Of a stretch of DNA of 64,000 nucleotides, positions 50,698 through 60,527 are shown one piece after another; the stretch's first letter is position 1; the number at the start of each line of letters is the position of its first letter. A model generated the notes under the pieces. It had not been told where the DNA came from, ran no database searches, and saw only the letters and a list, made by a program, of their open reading frames with translations. The stretch comes from Alphaproteobacteria bacterium (lineage in GTDB: Bacteria; Pseudomonadota; Alphaproteobacteria; Rs-D84). The stretch spans positions 32,947 through 96,946 of the forward strand of contig JAFSOV010000017.1 of assembly GCA_017443235.1 (NCBI GenBank), written 5' to 3'. The position numbers were made by a program, and so were the translations under genes.

Positions 50698-52338
50698 TTA
50701 TTTTACTGCGCGCAAAATGACCATTATTCCGGCGGGTGTTATGCCGGGAATTTTTTGTAATTCTGCGATTGTGGCCGGGCGCGTCCGTTTTAATTTCTCG
50801 CGCAATTCGTTGGTCAGGCCCGACATCGCGTCATAATCAAAATTTGCCGGTATTTTTATATTTTTATCGCGATTATATGATTCTATTTCCCGGTCGTTTC
50901 GTGCAATATAACCGGCATAAAATTTATCGTTTTTGGAAATTTCCCCGGCTTTTTTGTTCATTTTGTTCAAAAATGCCGGCAAATCGATTAAACCTAAATC
51001 AACACCGGTTTGCCCCAGGCGTGCAATCGCATTATCCGCCCGCAGGTTCAATCGGTATTCCGCCCGCGATGTGAACATACGATATGGTTCATCAACCCCC
51101 AGTGTTGTTATATCATCAATCATAACACCAATCATGGAATTTGTTCTGTCGATATTCAATGTCGGCGCGCCCAATGCGAATGCCGCGGCATTTGCGCCCG
51201 CAACCAATCCTTGGGCGGCGGCCTCTTCATAACCGGACGTGCCATTGATTTGTCCGGCAAAGAACAAACCGGGGCGTTCGCGCGCCATCAAACACGAATT
51301 TAATGCACGTGCGTCTATTGCATCGTATTCAATCGCATAGCCATATCGCGCAATACGCGCGTTTTCAAGGCCCGGAATGGTTCGAATCCATTTATCTTGG
51401 ATTTCACGACCAAAACTGGTTGAAATGCCGTTTGGATAAATTAAATCGCTGTTCAATCCTTCGGGTTCTAAAAATACGTGGTGCGAAGTATGTTCCGGAA
51501 ACCGCATAACTTTGTCTTCCAAACTTGGGCAATACCGCGGACCGGTTCCCACAATATCGCCATTATACATTGGTGCATTTGCGATATTTTCACGGATAAT
51601 TTCGTGCGTTTGTTCGGTTGTATGTGTGATAAAACAAACCGCGGTATTGTTATCCGTTTCGCAACCGTCACTAAACCAATCATGTGGATTGTCGGGCCGT
51701 TGTTCTTCACACACCGAAAAATCAATGGAATCGCGATATATGCGCGCCGGTGTTCCGGTTTTAAGTCGCATAATATCAAAACCCGCCCCGCGCAATACGT
51801 TGGAAATAAAGGCATCCGGCGATTGATATTCCCCGTCATCGGTTATACGCCCGGACGGCGTTTTTTCATTTCCCATAGTGACCAGGCCGCGCAAAAAAGT
51901 CCCGGTTGTAAAAACTATTGATTTTCCGGCGTACACACCGTTTATAATTTTTTTATCAATGTCTATTGTTTCAACCGTTTCATACGCAATACTCAGGTTT
52001 TTATATTCGCCCAAAATTTTTACAATTGCGTTGTGATAAAGTGTTCTATCAATCTGTGCGCGCAGTGCCCGGGTTGCTGGGCCATGCGATGCGTTGAGTA
52101 GTCGAAAATGTATTCCCGCCATGTCCGCCGCAACGGGCATCACACCGCCCAGCGCATCCATTTCGGCCACCATTTGTGATTTGCCCGGCCCGCCGATTGA
52201 CGGATTACAAGACATTGCACCCAAATCAGATTTGCGCATTGTTATCAGCAATGTTTGTGCGCCACGCCGCGCGGACGCCGCCGCGGCCTCAACCCCGGCG
52301 TGCCCACCACCGATAACAATTACATCAAAATTTTTCAT
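50698..52338 (-). CDS. mnmG: tRNA uridine 5-carboxymethylaminomethyl modification enzyme MnmG (short form, 546 aa)
   Basis: DVIVIGGGHAGVEAA, SCNPSIGG, GPRYCPSLEDKVMRF. About 70-80 aa shorter than E. coli MnmG in the C-terminal helical region. Confidence 0.85.
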   Translation of the reverse strand: MKNFDVIVIGGGHAGVEAAAASARRGAQTLLITMRKSDLGAMSCNPSIGGPGKSQMVAEMDALGGVMPVAADMAGIHFRLLNASHGPATRALRAQIDRTLYHNAIVKILGEYKNLSIAYETVETIDIDKKIINGVYAGKSIVFTTGTFLRGLVTMGNEKTPSGRITDDGEYQSPDAFISNVLRGAGFDIMRLKTGTPARIYRDSIDFSVCEEQRPDNPHDWFSDGCETDNNTAVCFITHTTEQTHEIIRENIANAPMYNGDIVGTGPRYCPSLEDKVMRFPEHTSHHVFLEPEGLNSDLIYPNGISTSFGREIQDKWIRTIPGLENARIARYGYAIEYDAIDARALNSCLMARERPGLFFAGQINGTSGYEEAAAQGLVAGANAAAFALGAPTLNIDRTNSMIGVMIDDITTLGVDEPYRMFTSRAEYRLNLRADNAIARLGQTGVDLGLIDLPAFLNKMNKKAGEISKNDKFYAGYIARNDREIESYNRDKNIKIPANFDYDAMSGLTNELREKLKRTRPATIAELQKIPGITPAGIMVILRAVK

Positions 52339-53078
52339 TAAAAACGTCCCAATCCGCCGTTTATATGTAATACCTGGCCGTTGATATATGACGCTTCATC
52401 AGATGCCAAGAAAACACATGCGTTCGCAATGTCGTTGGGTTCGCCAAACCGGCCCGCCGGGATTTGCGATAAATAGTTTTTCTTTAATTCATCAGACAAC
52501 ACATCGGTCATTGGGGTTTTGATAAATCCCGGGGCGATTGCGTTCGCGGTGATGCCACGGGATGCAACCTCGGCCGCGATGGATTTTGTCATCGCAATCA
52601 TTCCACCCTTACTTGCCGCATAATTTGCCTGGCCTGGACCACCGATAACACCAATAATCGATGCCATATTTATAATGCGACCGAAACGCTGTTTCATCAT
52701 TGGCATAATCGCCGCACGGCACATTTTGAACGCGGCGCGCAAATTAGTATTCAAAACACTATCAAACTGTTCATCGGTCATACGCATCAATAATGTATCT
52801 GCGGTAATTCCGGCGTTATTTATCAAAACATCAATACGGCCATATTTTTCGATTGTGTCCATAACCAATTCAACCGCGCCGCCTTCGGCCGACAAATCAC
52901 ATGGAATCTTGACATAAGAATCGTCAAATTCCGCGTTCATTTTGGCAACATTGCGGCCGGACACAACAACGCATGCGCCGGCCTCGCGCATTTTTTTTGC
53001 GATTGCGCCACCAATTCCGCCGGTTGCGCCGGTAATTAAAACAACTTTATTTTTCAAATCGAACATTTCTGCCCCCAT
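52338..53078 (-). CDS. fabG: 3-oxoacyl-ACP reductase
   Basis: TGATGGIG, NYAASKGG. Confidence 0.9.
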   Translation of the reverse strand: MGAEMFDLKNKVVLITGATGGIGGAIAKKMREAGACVVVSGRNVAKMNAEFDDSYVKIPCDLSAEGGAVELVMDTIEKYGRIDVLINNAGITADTLLMRMTDEQFDSVLNTNLRAAFKMCRAAIMPMMKQRFGRIINMASIIGVIGGPGQANYAASKGGMIAMTKSIAAEVASRGITANAIAPGFIKTPMTDVLSDELKKNYLSQIPAGRFGEPNDIANACVFLASDEASYINGQVLHINGGLGRF

Positions 53079-53079
53079 A

Positions 53080-53316
53080 TTATTTTGACTTTATTTGACC
53101 CATTCCCAAATTTGGATGTGACATAGATTTGTTAAAGAATAACCGTAATCCATAATCCAAAGTTGTTGTCGGGGTCACGGTCATTTTGAACCAGTTATTA
53201 TAAATCAAAATATAATTTTTATTGTCGACCTTTGCCAAACCAATAACCTCCGCGATGGCATCACCTATGTATGTGCCGATATTATATTTTTTAACATTAT
53301 TTTCTGTGTTTGCCAT
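53080..53316 (-). CDS. hypothetical 78-aa protein wedged between fabD and fabG
   Basis: 2-nt and 1-nt gaps to its neighbours. GAGG RBS inside the fabD 3' end. No motif recognised; not acpP. Confidence 0.5.
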   Translation of the reverse strand: MANTENNVKKYNIGTYIGDAIAEVIGLAKVDNKNYILIYNNWFKMTVTPTTTLDYGLRLFFNKSMSHPNLGMGQIKSK

Positions 53317-53318
53317 TT

Positions 53319-54194
53319 TTATACCTCTAATTTTTTGCCTTCCATGTCGGCACAGATTCTTTTTGTTAAACCTGTCAAGACCGCACCGGGACCGACTTCG
53401 ATTGTTTCTGTGATACCCAAATCGTGCATTGCCAAAACACTTTCACGCCAACGCACGCCATGGGTTATTTGATAAACCAAGGCGTCACGAATTTCATCCG
53501 GGTCGGTCAAAGGTGTGCAGGTTTTATTTGAAATCAATGCCGCAGACGGCGTTTTAATTTCTATCTTTTCCAATGCCGCGTGCATCTCGTCCGCGGCAGG
53601 CGATTGAATTCGGCAATGAACCGGCACCGACAGTGCAAGTGGCATCGCCCGCCGCGCGCCCGCCGCCGTTGCATCCGCCAATGTTTTTTCGACAATTTCT
53701 CTGCTACCCGAAATTACAACCTGGCCCGGGGAATTATCATTTGCAACATCACAATCGTTTTTGGCGCATATATCACGCACAACATCGATATCCAGACCCA
53801 ATATAACCGCGGTCAGGCCATGACCAACCGGCACCGCGCGCTGCATCGCATCCCCGCGCAACCGCAACAAACGCGCCGTATCGGCAAGTGATATCGCACC
53901 CGCCGCACACAGCGCCGTATATTCGCCCAAAGAATGCCCCGCGACATATTCGGTCAATGGCACCCCAGACGCACGCAACATCGCAATAGATGTCGCCATA
54001 ATCGCCGGTTGCACATTTGTGGTCAATGTTAAATCTTCCATTGGGCCGTTAAAGATTATATCGGACAATTTTTGATTTAACGCATCGTCCACTTCGTCAA
54101 AGACCGCACGTGCAGCGGCATTATTTTCATACAGTTCGCGCCCCATACCAACGCTTTGCGAACCCTGGCCGGGAAAAACAAGTATAGATGACAT
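53319..54194 (-). CDS. fabD: malonyl-CoA:ACP transacylase
   Basis: FPGQGSQ, GHSLGEY. Confidence 0.9.
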   Translation of the reverse strand: MSSILVFPGQGSQSVGMGRELYENNAAARAVFDEVDDALNQKLSDIIFNGPMEDLTLTTNVQPAIMATSIAMLRASGVPLTEYVAGHSLGEYTALCAAGAISLADTARLLRLRGDAMQRAVPVGHGLTAVILGLDIDVVRDICAKNDCDVANDNSPGQVVISGSREIVEKTLADATAAGARRAMPLALSVPVHCRIQSPAADEMHAALEKIEIKTPSAALISNKTCTPLTDPDEIRDALVYQITHGVRWRESVLAMHDLGITETIEVGPGAVLTGLTKRICADMEGKKLEV

Positions 54195-54258
54195 AATTGC
54201 ACCTTTGGTTATGTTACAATGTGATTATACTTTACGAATACTGAATTCGCAACCGCAA

Positions 54259-54394
54259 AAATCCCCTTCACATCGTGAAGGGGTGGATTGTGAGCATAGC
54301 GAACAAGACGGGGTAGGAATATTTATTATTTTTTATTACCACTACCCCACCGCTAATCGCGGTCCCCCCTTCGCTTGGCGAAGGGGACTTAACG
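54259..54394. mobile_element. 136-bp MITE-like element (two inverted REP units) flanked by an 18-bp direct repeat
   Basis: CTGAATTCGCAACCGCAA at 54241-54258 and at 54395-54412. Left unit AATCCCCTTC..GAAGGGG..GGGGTAG, an AT-rich centre, and the right unit is its inverse. Confidence 0.75.
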
Positions 54395-54921
54395 CTGAAT
54401 TCGCAACCGCAATAATTTTGCCGGTAAAAATCGCTTTCTCGATTGATTTTTTGGCGTAAGCCTTCGTCCCATTTGATTGGAATATACTTTATTTCGCCGG
54501 GCGCGGATTCTGCGGCCGCATCTACTTGGCTTTGGTCTTTGTGCCGCGACACGCCCAATACAGACGCCACCGCATCATACCCGTTTTCACGCGCAAATCT
54601 TTTTGCATATTCAAACCGATACGCAAAGCACGCGCTGCACCGCGACCCTCGTTCGGGTTCGGCCTCTAATCCACGCACCGCCGCCCGCCATGCGTCATGG
54701 TCATATTCGCCAATTTTATATTTCACACCCATTTTTTCACAGTATTTAATCTGTTCATTCATGCGTTTAGTATATTCGCTTTCGGGGTAAATATTTGGAT
54801 TAAAAAATAAAACAATAAAATCATCTATGCCGGGAATTTCCCCGCATGTCAGTTGTTTTATCGCGCCCGCGCTGCACGGTGCACAACAAGATACCAAAAC
54901 CAATTTTATGTTTTCAGACAT
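54268..54921 (-). CDS. queH: epoxyqueuosine reductase QueH (DUF208) with an element-encoded C-terminal tail
   Basis: CCAPCS and YCGCEFS motifs. The last 41 codons read through the inserted repeat element. Confidence 0.8.
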   Translation of the reverse strand: MSENIKLVLVSCCAPCSAGAIKQLTCGEIPGIDDFIVLFFNPNIYPESEYTKRMNEQIKYCEKMGVKYKIGEYDHDAWRAAVRGLEAEPERGSRCSACFAYRFEYAKRFARENGYDAVASVLGVSRHKDQSQVDAAAESAPGEIKYIPIKWDEGLRQKINRESDFYRQNYCGCEFSVKSPSPSEGGTAISGGVVVIKNNKYSYPVLFAMLTIHPFTM

Positions 54922-55446
54922 TTATTTCGCCCGATGTTTTTTGTTAAAGAAATTCCAAAGTTCCAATGGCACGGTTTTTGTCGCTGATGGGAAAACACCG
55001 TGAAAATCTCTATCTATTGCCAAGAAATTTTCCAATGGTAAATTTTGTTTTTTTAAATAATTTTGAATTTTTAAAATATCGGATTCTACGTTCGTAATCC
55101 AAAATGTTACATCACGATTGACGGTATGAACAACCGGATAACCATTCACATAGTTTTCAGGATTATCCAAACCGGCCCAAACCCGTTCCCGTATTGTTTC
55201 CAATGATAAAGGTTGTGCGAATTTATCATAAAATCGAATTGTATAAGATGCATTTATTTCAAATGGCGTGGTCTTTTGTGGAACATCAAATTTTATATGT
55301 TTTACAAATTTACGAAATGTTCCACCTTTCATCGGATTGGCACATTGTTCCAGCACACGAAAATTACCATCCGCATCAAAATATTTGATTGTGTAAAACA
55401 ATGAATCGTATTTAGTTAAAATTCGATTATATGATTTCTTTGTCAT
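54922..55446 (-). CDS. hypothetical protein (174 aa)
   Basis: Abuts the queH start. Weak similarity to 55802-56401. Confidence 0.5.
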   Translation of the reverse strand: MTKKSYNRILTKYDSLFYTIKYFDADGNFRVLEQCANPMKGGTFRKFVKHIKFDVPQKTTPFEINASYTIRFYDKFAQPLSLETIRERVWAGLDNPENYVNGYPVVHTVNRDVTFWITNVESDILKIQNYLKKQNLPLENFLAIDRDFHGVFPSATKTVPLELWNFFNKKHRAK

Positions 55447-55452
55447 TTTTAT

Positions 55453-55764
55453 TTATCGACCATTAGATTTACATGGATAATTTAACCAACCGAACAGACC
55501 ACGATTATACTCATCCCAAACCACTATCCTGCGCAACCGGGTTCCAGATTGTTTTTTGAATCCATCATGAAAATTTTTAGTTGTTGTTTCACGTGTTATA
55601 ATTATTGGGCCATAACAATAATGCTCGCACTTATAAAGTTCGGATTTTATATAATCCATCATGATTTCTTTTTCAAAATCTTTGAACACTGCGACACGCT
55701 TCTTGTTTGAAATATCTGTATTAGATATCACAGTATATTCGGTATATTTTATATTTTGCGACAT
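55453..55764 (-). CDS. hypothetical protein (103 aa)
   Basis: ORF in the same tight minus-strand series. Confidence 0.45.
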   Translation of the reverse strand: MSQNIKYTEYTVISNTDISNKKRVAVFKDFEKEIMMDYIKSELYKCEHYCYGPIIITRETTTKNFHDGFKKQSGTRLRRIVVWDEYNRGLFGWLNYPCKSNGR

Positions 55765-55801
55765 AGTTTATCCTTTGTGTCTAAAACAACATCCCTCTCG
55801 C

Positions 55802-56401
55802 TTAATGTACTTTTTCTGTGCCACGGTTAAACAATTCCACCAAACCAACCGGCAACTTTCCCGTTTTTTCCGGCCACAACTGATTCAGGTTTTTATCCAC
55901 CACAATATCTTTTTCGGATAATGGTTCGCAATCAACAGTATGCCATTTCATATGTGTTGGTGCACCAGTTCTTGAATTGCGTAATCCAATACTGCTGTGT
56001 TCACAAATATCAAGAAACATAGGTGTTTTTAGGTCAAAATTTTCAGGCTTAAAATCAAACTTTTGACCATATTTTTTTATCAAATATTCGGCCACATCAT
56101 TTGGATACATCAATTGTGGCAAAATAAGTTCAATTTTTGCGTCCGTATCGGTCGCAATAATCGGATGACCATCGATATATCTATTTTGATGATAAAATGG
56201 AATATTTTTGATTTTTTTATCCATATTCACAACACAACTTTCACGCAGAATCGTCACACGATATGTCCTATCATCACGTGGACCGAATTTATTAACAAAT
56301 TCGCGCAATTCATTGATGTTTGAAACATTACCATGCTCGATACTTACCAAACCGGGAAAGTGCGTAGTTGCGTTGAATCTTGTAAACACTTCTGGTTTCA
56401 T
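55802..56401 (-). CDS. hypothetical protein (199 aa)
   Basis: Start moved to ATG 56401. The AAGGAG RBS lies in the last metG codons (GACAAGGAGTAATAAAATG). Confidence 0.5.
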   Translation of the reverse strand: MKPEVFTRFNATTHFPGLVSIEHGNVSNINELREFVNKFGPRDDRTYRVTILRESCVVNMDKKIKNIPFYHQNRYIDGHPIIATDTDAKIELILPQLMYPNDVAEYLIKKYGQKFDFKPENFDLKTPMFLDICEHSSIGLRNSRTGAPTHMKWHTVDCEPLSEKDIVVDKNLNQLWPEKTGKLPVGLVELFNRGTEKVH

Positions 56402-56405
56402 TTTA

Positions 56406-58031
56406 TTACTCCTTGTCATCATTTAATTCAATCCGTGTGAACAGGTTTTCTGGCACGGTGAATTTTTCGCCTGATTCGATTCTGTGTTCGTACATTGTTG
56501 GCCAAGACAAATCATGTTCGGCCGCGAAAATATTTTGAATTTTTTTTGCGGCATCCGGGATAATCGGCGCAGATACACGCGCGAACAAATCAATCAATTG
56601 GAAACATTCGTGCAAAACCGCCGCCGCACCGGCCGTATCACCATTTTTAACCAATGCCCACGGCTCTTTTTCTGTCATATATTCATTGGCGATTCCATAA
56701 ATATCACGCAATGCAACAATAGATTTCCGGAATTCGCACGCGTCCAGGCAACCCGTCAATTCCGCCAATTTTTCGTTTATGCGGTGTGCCAACGTTTCGT
56801 CCATCTTTGCGCCCGCCGGCACAGTGTCACCAAAATTTTTATTCGACAGTTTACACACGCGTGATACAAAATTCCCCAGCAGCCCATTCAAATCTTTATT
56901 TACAATTTCCGCAAAGCGCGTCATTGTAAAGTCTGTATCATCCGTTTCGGGTGCAGATGCAAGCAGCGCGTAACGCCAACAATCACTTGGTGCGATGTTC
57001 AATGCTTCATCCAAGAAAATTCCATTTCCGGTTGATTTTGAAATTTTTGCGCCATTAAAGTTCATAAAATTAAATGCCTTTAATGTATCAACCGTTTTCC
57101 AATTATCGTTCATTGCCAATTCTTGGGCTGGGAAAAACACCGAATGGAATGACACGTTATCCTTGCCCATAAACTCTGTATAGTGACAATTGGGATTTTT
57201 CCACCAAGACGCCCAATCATCTGTTGCCGCCTGGGAAATTGAAACATATCCCCACGGCGCATCAAACCAAACATAGAAAACTTTATCTTCATAACCCGGT
57301 TTATTGACCGGAATTCCCCATTTCAAATCACGTGTAATCGGGTTGTCGTGCAAACCTTCGTCTAACCATTTGTTTGCAATCTTGATTGCGGTTTTTGGCC
57401 ATCCGCGCCGCGAATCAACCCATGCGCGCAATTTATCCTGCATTTTACTAAGTTTGAAATACAAATGTTTTGTTTCGCGCATTTCAACCGGCGAATCCGG
57501 GTCAACCGCACTGTGCGGATTTATCAATTCATCGGGGTCCAATGATGCGCCACATTTGTCACATTCGTTTCCATACGCGCGTTCATATCCGCAACGCGGA
57601 CATGTGCCGACAACATAACGGTCCGCCAAGAATTTTTTCTCATTAACCGAATACGGTTGTTTTGATGATTTTTCCTCTATCATGCCCAAAGAATCCAATC
57701 GATTAAACAATTCATGAATCAATTTTTCATGCTGGGGCGTGTGTGTACGGCCATATAAATCAAAGGACAGATTAAAATCGCGCACTGCGGCAATGTGATT
57801 TGCACGATATTTTTCAACATATTCTTCAACGGGCATATTTTCACGTGCTGCGCCAATTTCACTGGTTGTGCCGTGTTCATCAGAACCACCAATATACAAC
57901 ACATCCCGGCCACGCGCACGACAAAACCGCGCATAAACATCACTGGGCAACAGACACCCAATTAAATGCCCGATATGCAGGTTGTTGTTCACATATGGTA
58001 ATGCCGATGTAATAAGATATTTTTGACTCAT
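56406..58031 (-). CDS. metG: methionyl-tRNA synthetase (short form, no C-terminal tRNA-binding domain)
   Basis: HIGHLIG, KISKSTGN, CPRCG zinc knuckle. Confidence 0.9.
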   Translation of the reverse strand: MSQKYLITSALPYVNNNLHIGHLIGCLLPSDVYARFCRARGRDVLYIGGSDEHGTTSEIGAARENMPVEEYVEKYRANHIAAVRDFNLSFDLYGRTHTPQHEKLIHELFNRLDSLGMIEEKSSKQPYSVNEKKFLADRYVVGTCPRCGYERAYGNECDKCGASLDPDELINPHSAVDPDSPVEMRETKHLYFKLSKMQDKLRAWVDSRRGWPKTAIKIANKWLDEGLHDNPITRDLKWGIPVNKPGYEDKVFYVWFDAPWGYVSISQAATDDWASWWKNPNCHYTEFMGKDNVSFHSVFFPAQELAMNDNWKTVDTLKAFNFMNFNGAKISKSTGNGIFLDEALNIAPSDCWRYALLASAPETDDTDFTMTRFAEIVNKDLNGLLGNFVSRVCKLSNKNFGDTVPAGAKMDETLAHRINEKLAELTGCLDACEFRKSIVALRDIYGIANEYMTEKEPWALVKNGDTAGAAAVLHECFQLIDLFARVSAPIIPDAAKKIQNIFAAEHDLSWPTMYEHRIESGEKFTVPENLFTRIELNDDKE

Positions 58032-58147
58032 CTATTTGTCCTTTTTATGAAAAACGGACGCCAAACGGGGCGTCCATTTGAATTCCCGTTTAATATCGTG
58101 TCCAAAATTAGTTTTGCATTCGCACTTTCTATTCCTTTGAATATTTA

Positions 58148-58179
58148 GTCCGCCTTCGCCAAGGCTACGGCGTGACACT
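58148..58179 (-). repeat. compact tRNA-linked module AGTGTCACGCCGTAGCCTTGGCGAAGGCGGAC
   Basis: Follows the A/T-armed palindrome after tRNA-Val. Confidence 0.65.
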
Positions 58180-58215
58180 CAAATTTTCAACGCTCGCAAA
58201 GCTCGCTTGAAAATT

Positions 58216-58292
58216 TGGTGGGTGGTATTGGACTCGAACCAACGACCTTTACGATGTCAACGTAACGCTCTAACCAACTGAGCTAACCACCC
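58216..58292 (-). tRNA. tRNA-Val (GAC)
   Basis: GGGTGGT acceptor, TTACG-TTGACAT-CGTAA anticodon arm, TTCGAGT T-loop, encoded CCA. Confidence 0.9.
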
Positions 58293-58318
58293 ATATTTTT
58301 CAAGTGTTCTCAGACCGG

Positions 58319-58375
58319 GAACCAACGACCTTTACGATGTCAACGTACGCGGCTTCCCAACCGAGCTAACCACCC
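58319..58375 (-). pseudogene. 5' fragment (about nt 1-57) of a tRNA-Val(GAC) copy
   Basis: GGGTGGTTAGCTCGGTTGGGAAGCCGCGTACGTTGACATCGTAAAGGTCGTTGGTTC, then unrelated sequence. The D arm is altered and the T-arm 3' half and acceptor 3' strand are missing. Confidence 0.7.
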
Positions 58376-58386
58376 AAACGAACGCC

Positions 58387-58414
58387 ATTATAACAAAGAA
58401 TTTCCCGATTGCAA
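58387..58414 (-). promoter_or_regulatory. sigma70 promoter driving the tRNA-Val fragment and tRNA-Val
   Basis: TTGCAA (58414-09), 16 nt, TATAAT (58392-87), about 11 nt before the fragment. Confidence 0.6.
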
Positions 58415-58445
58415 GAATTATGTATTTGATAAGTTTATAGAGATA

Positions 58446-58600
58446 AGAAAAGCAGGAGGGTCATAACTACTCAAAGCAAAATAGTCCAGTGTATTGGGTA
58501 TTTCACTGGCCTCCTGCCATTGTGAAGTGTGCAGGATTTTATGTCCGCGCGGACATGCTTTGAGCAGGGCTATGACACCCCCTTGTACGGTTGCCCGTAC
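58446..58600 (-). ncRNA. candidate ~155-nt sRNA of unknown family
   Basis: TTGAAA (58635-30), 17 nt, TATAAT (58612-07). Several hairpins. A closing stem with a 3' CCTCCTGC followed by TTTTCTT. No plausible ORF. Confidence 0.35.
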
Positions 58601-58711
58601 AAAGCAATTATAAATGTAATAAAGATTTTTTTCAATACATAAAAAACACCGGCATTTGCCGATGTTTTTCACTAACCCTTGTCCACCGAAGCCCAAAGGG
58701 CGAAGGCGGAA

Positions 58712-59764
<1,053 letters not shown>

Positions 59765-59848
59765 TTACCCCTTTCGAATTATTTTTTATCACTATAAACG
59801 GCAATTATATAAAAATCAAGGGGTGACAAAATAAAAACATTTGACTTT

Positions 59849-60256
59849 GTGTATATTCTGCTATTATTAGCCATTATGCGCGATACAATAAAAAAACATA
59901 GCGATTTTATGATGACCGAAACCGACCCATCGGCGCGTTCGACGTTTTTTATCGTGCGTGCAAAAAATACGGCCTTTCCGGGCGATGCACGTGTTGGTTT
60001 TACGGCGACCAAGCATACATTCAAATTGGCGGTGGACCGCAACCGTGCCAAAAGGTTGATGCGTGATTGGGTGCGGTTCTGCGATGGTTTAATGGTACCC
60101 GAATTCGACTATGTTTTTATTGCACGCCCGCCTATTTTGACCGCCACGCGGGATATGGGGCGCGATGCAATGGCCAAGGCGTTGAAACACATACTGAAAA
60201 AATATGCACCAAAAACACCAACAAATTTGGCAAAAATTATCAAACATGCCGCGTAG
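59849..60256 (+). CDS. rnpA: RNase P protein component
   Basis: [26 protein letters not shown]. The true start is probably the internal MRDT at 59876. Confidence 0.75.
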   Translation: MYILLLLAIMRDTIKKHSDFMMTETDPSARSTFFIVRAKNTAFPGDARVGFTATKHTFKLAVDRNRAKRLMRDWVRFCDGLMVPEFDYVFIARPPILTATRDMGRDAMAKALKHILKKYAPKTPTNLAKIIKHAA

Positions 60257-60464
60257 ATTTGGCGCGGGTATGATAAATTTCTATCAACGGTTTATATCAC
60301 CGGCGTTTGGTGGTCGGGCGGTGTGCCGATTTACACCAACATGCAGCGAATACGCCAAAACGGCGATTTTGCGGTACGGACTGGTTCGTGGGGGGATTAT
60401 GGGAATTCGCAGAATTCTGCGGTGCCGGCCGGGCGGTGGTTTTGGTTTTGACCCTGTGCCTTGA
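60246..60464 (+). CDS. yidD: membrane protein insertion efficiency factor YidD
   Basis: YQRFISP...[11 protein letters not shown]. Overlaps the rnpA end. Confidence 0.85.
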   Translation: MPRRFGAGMINFYQRFISPAFGGRAVCRFTPTCSEYAKTAILRYGLVRGGIMGIRRILRCRPGGGFGFDPVP

Positions 60465-60527
60465 CAAGTTGCGCAATTATGTTAGAATCCTGGTAATGCG
60501 AAAGTAATTTTACAAAAGGATAAAGAA

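Noticed and set aside
58446-58600. Candidate sRNA as 6S RNA or SRP RNA
   Set aside because: It lacks the GGAAGCAGCC-type SRP domain IV sequence. The predicted fold is multi-branched rather than the long rod with a central bubble expected for 6S. Left as an unknown candidate.
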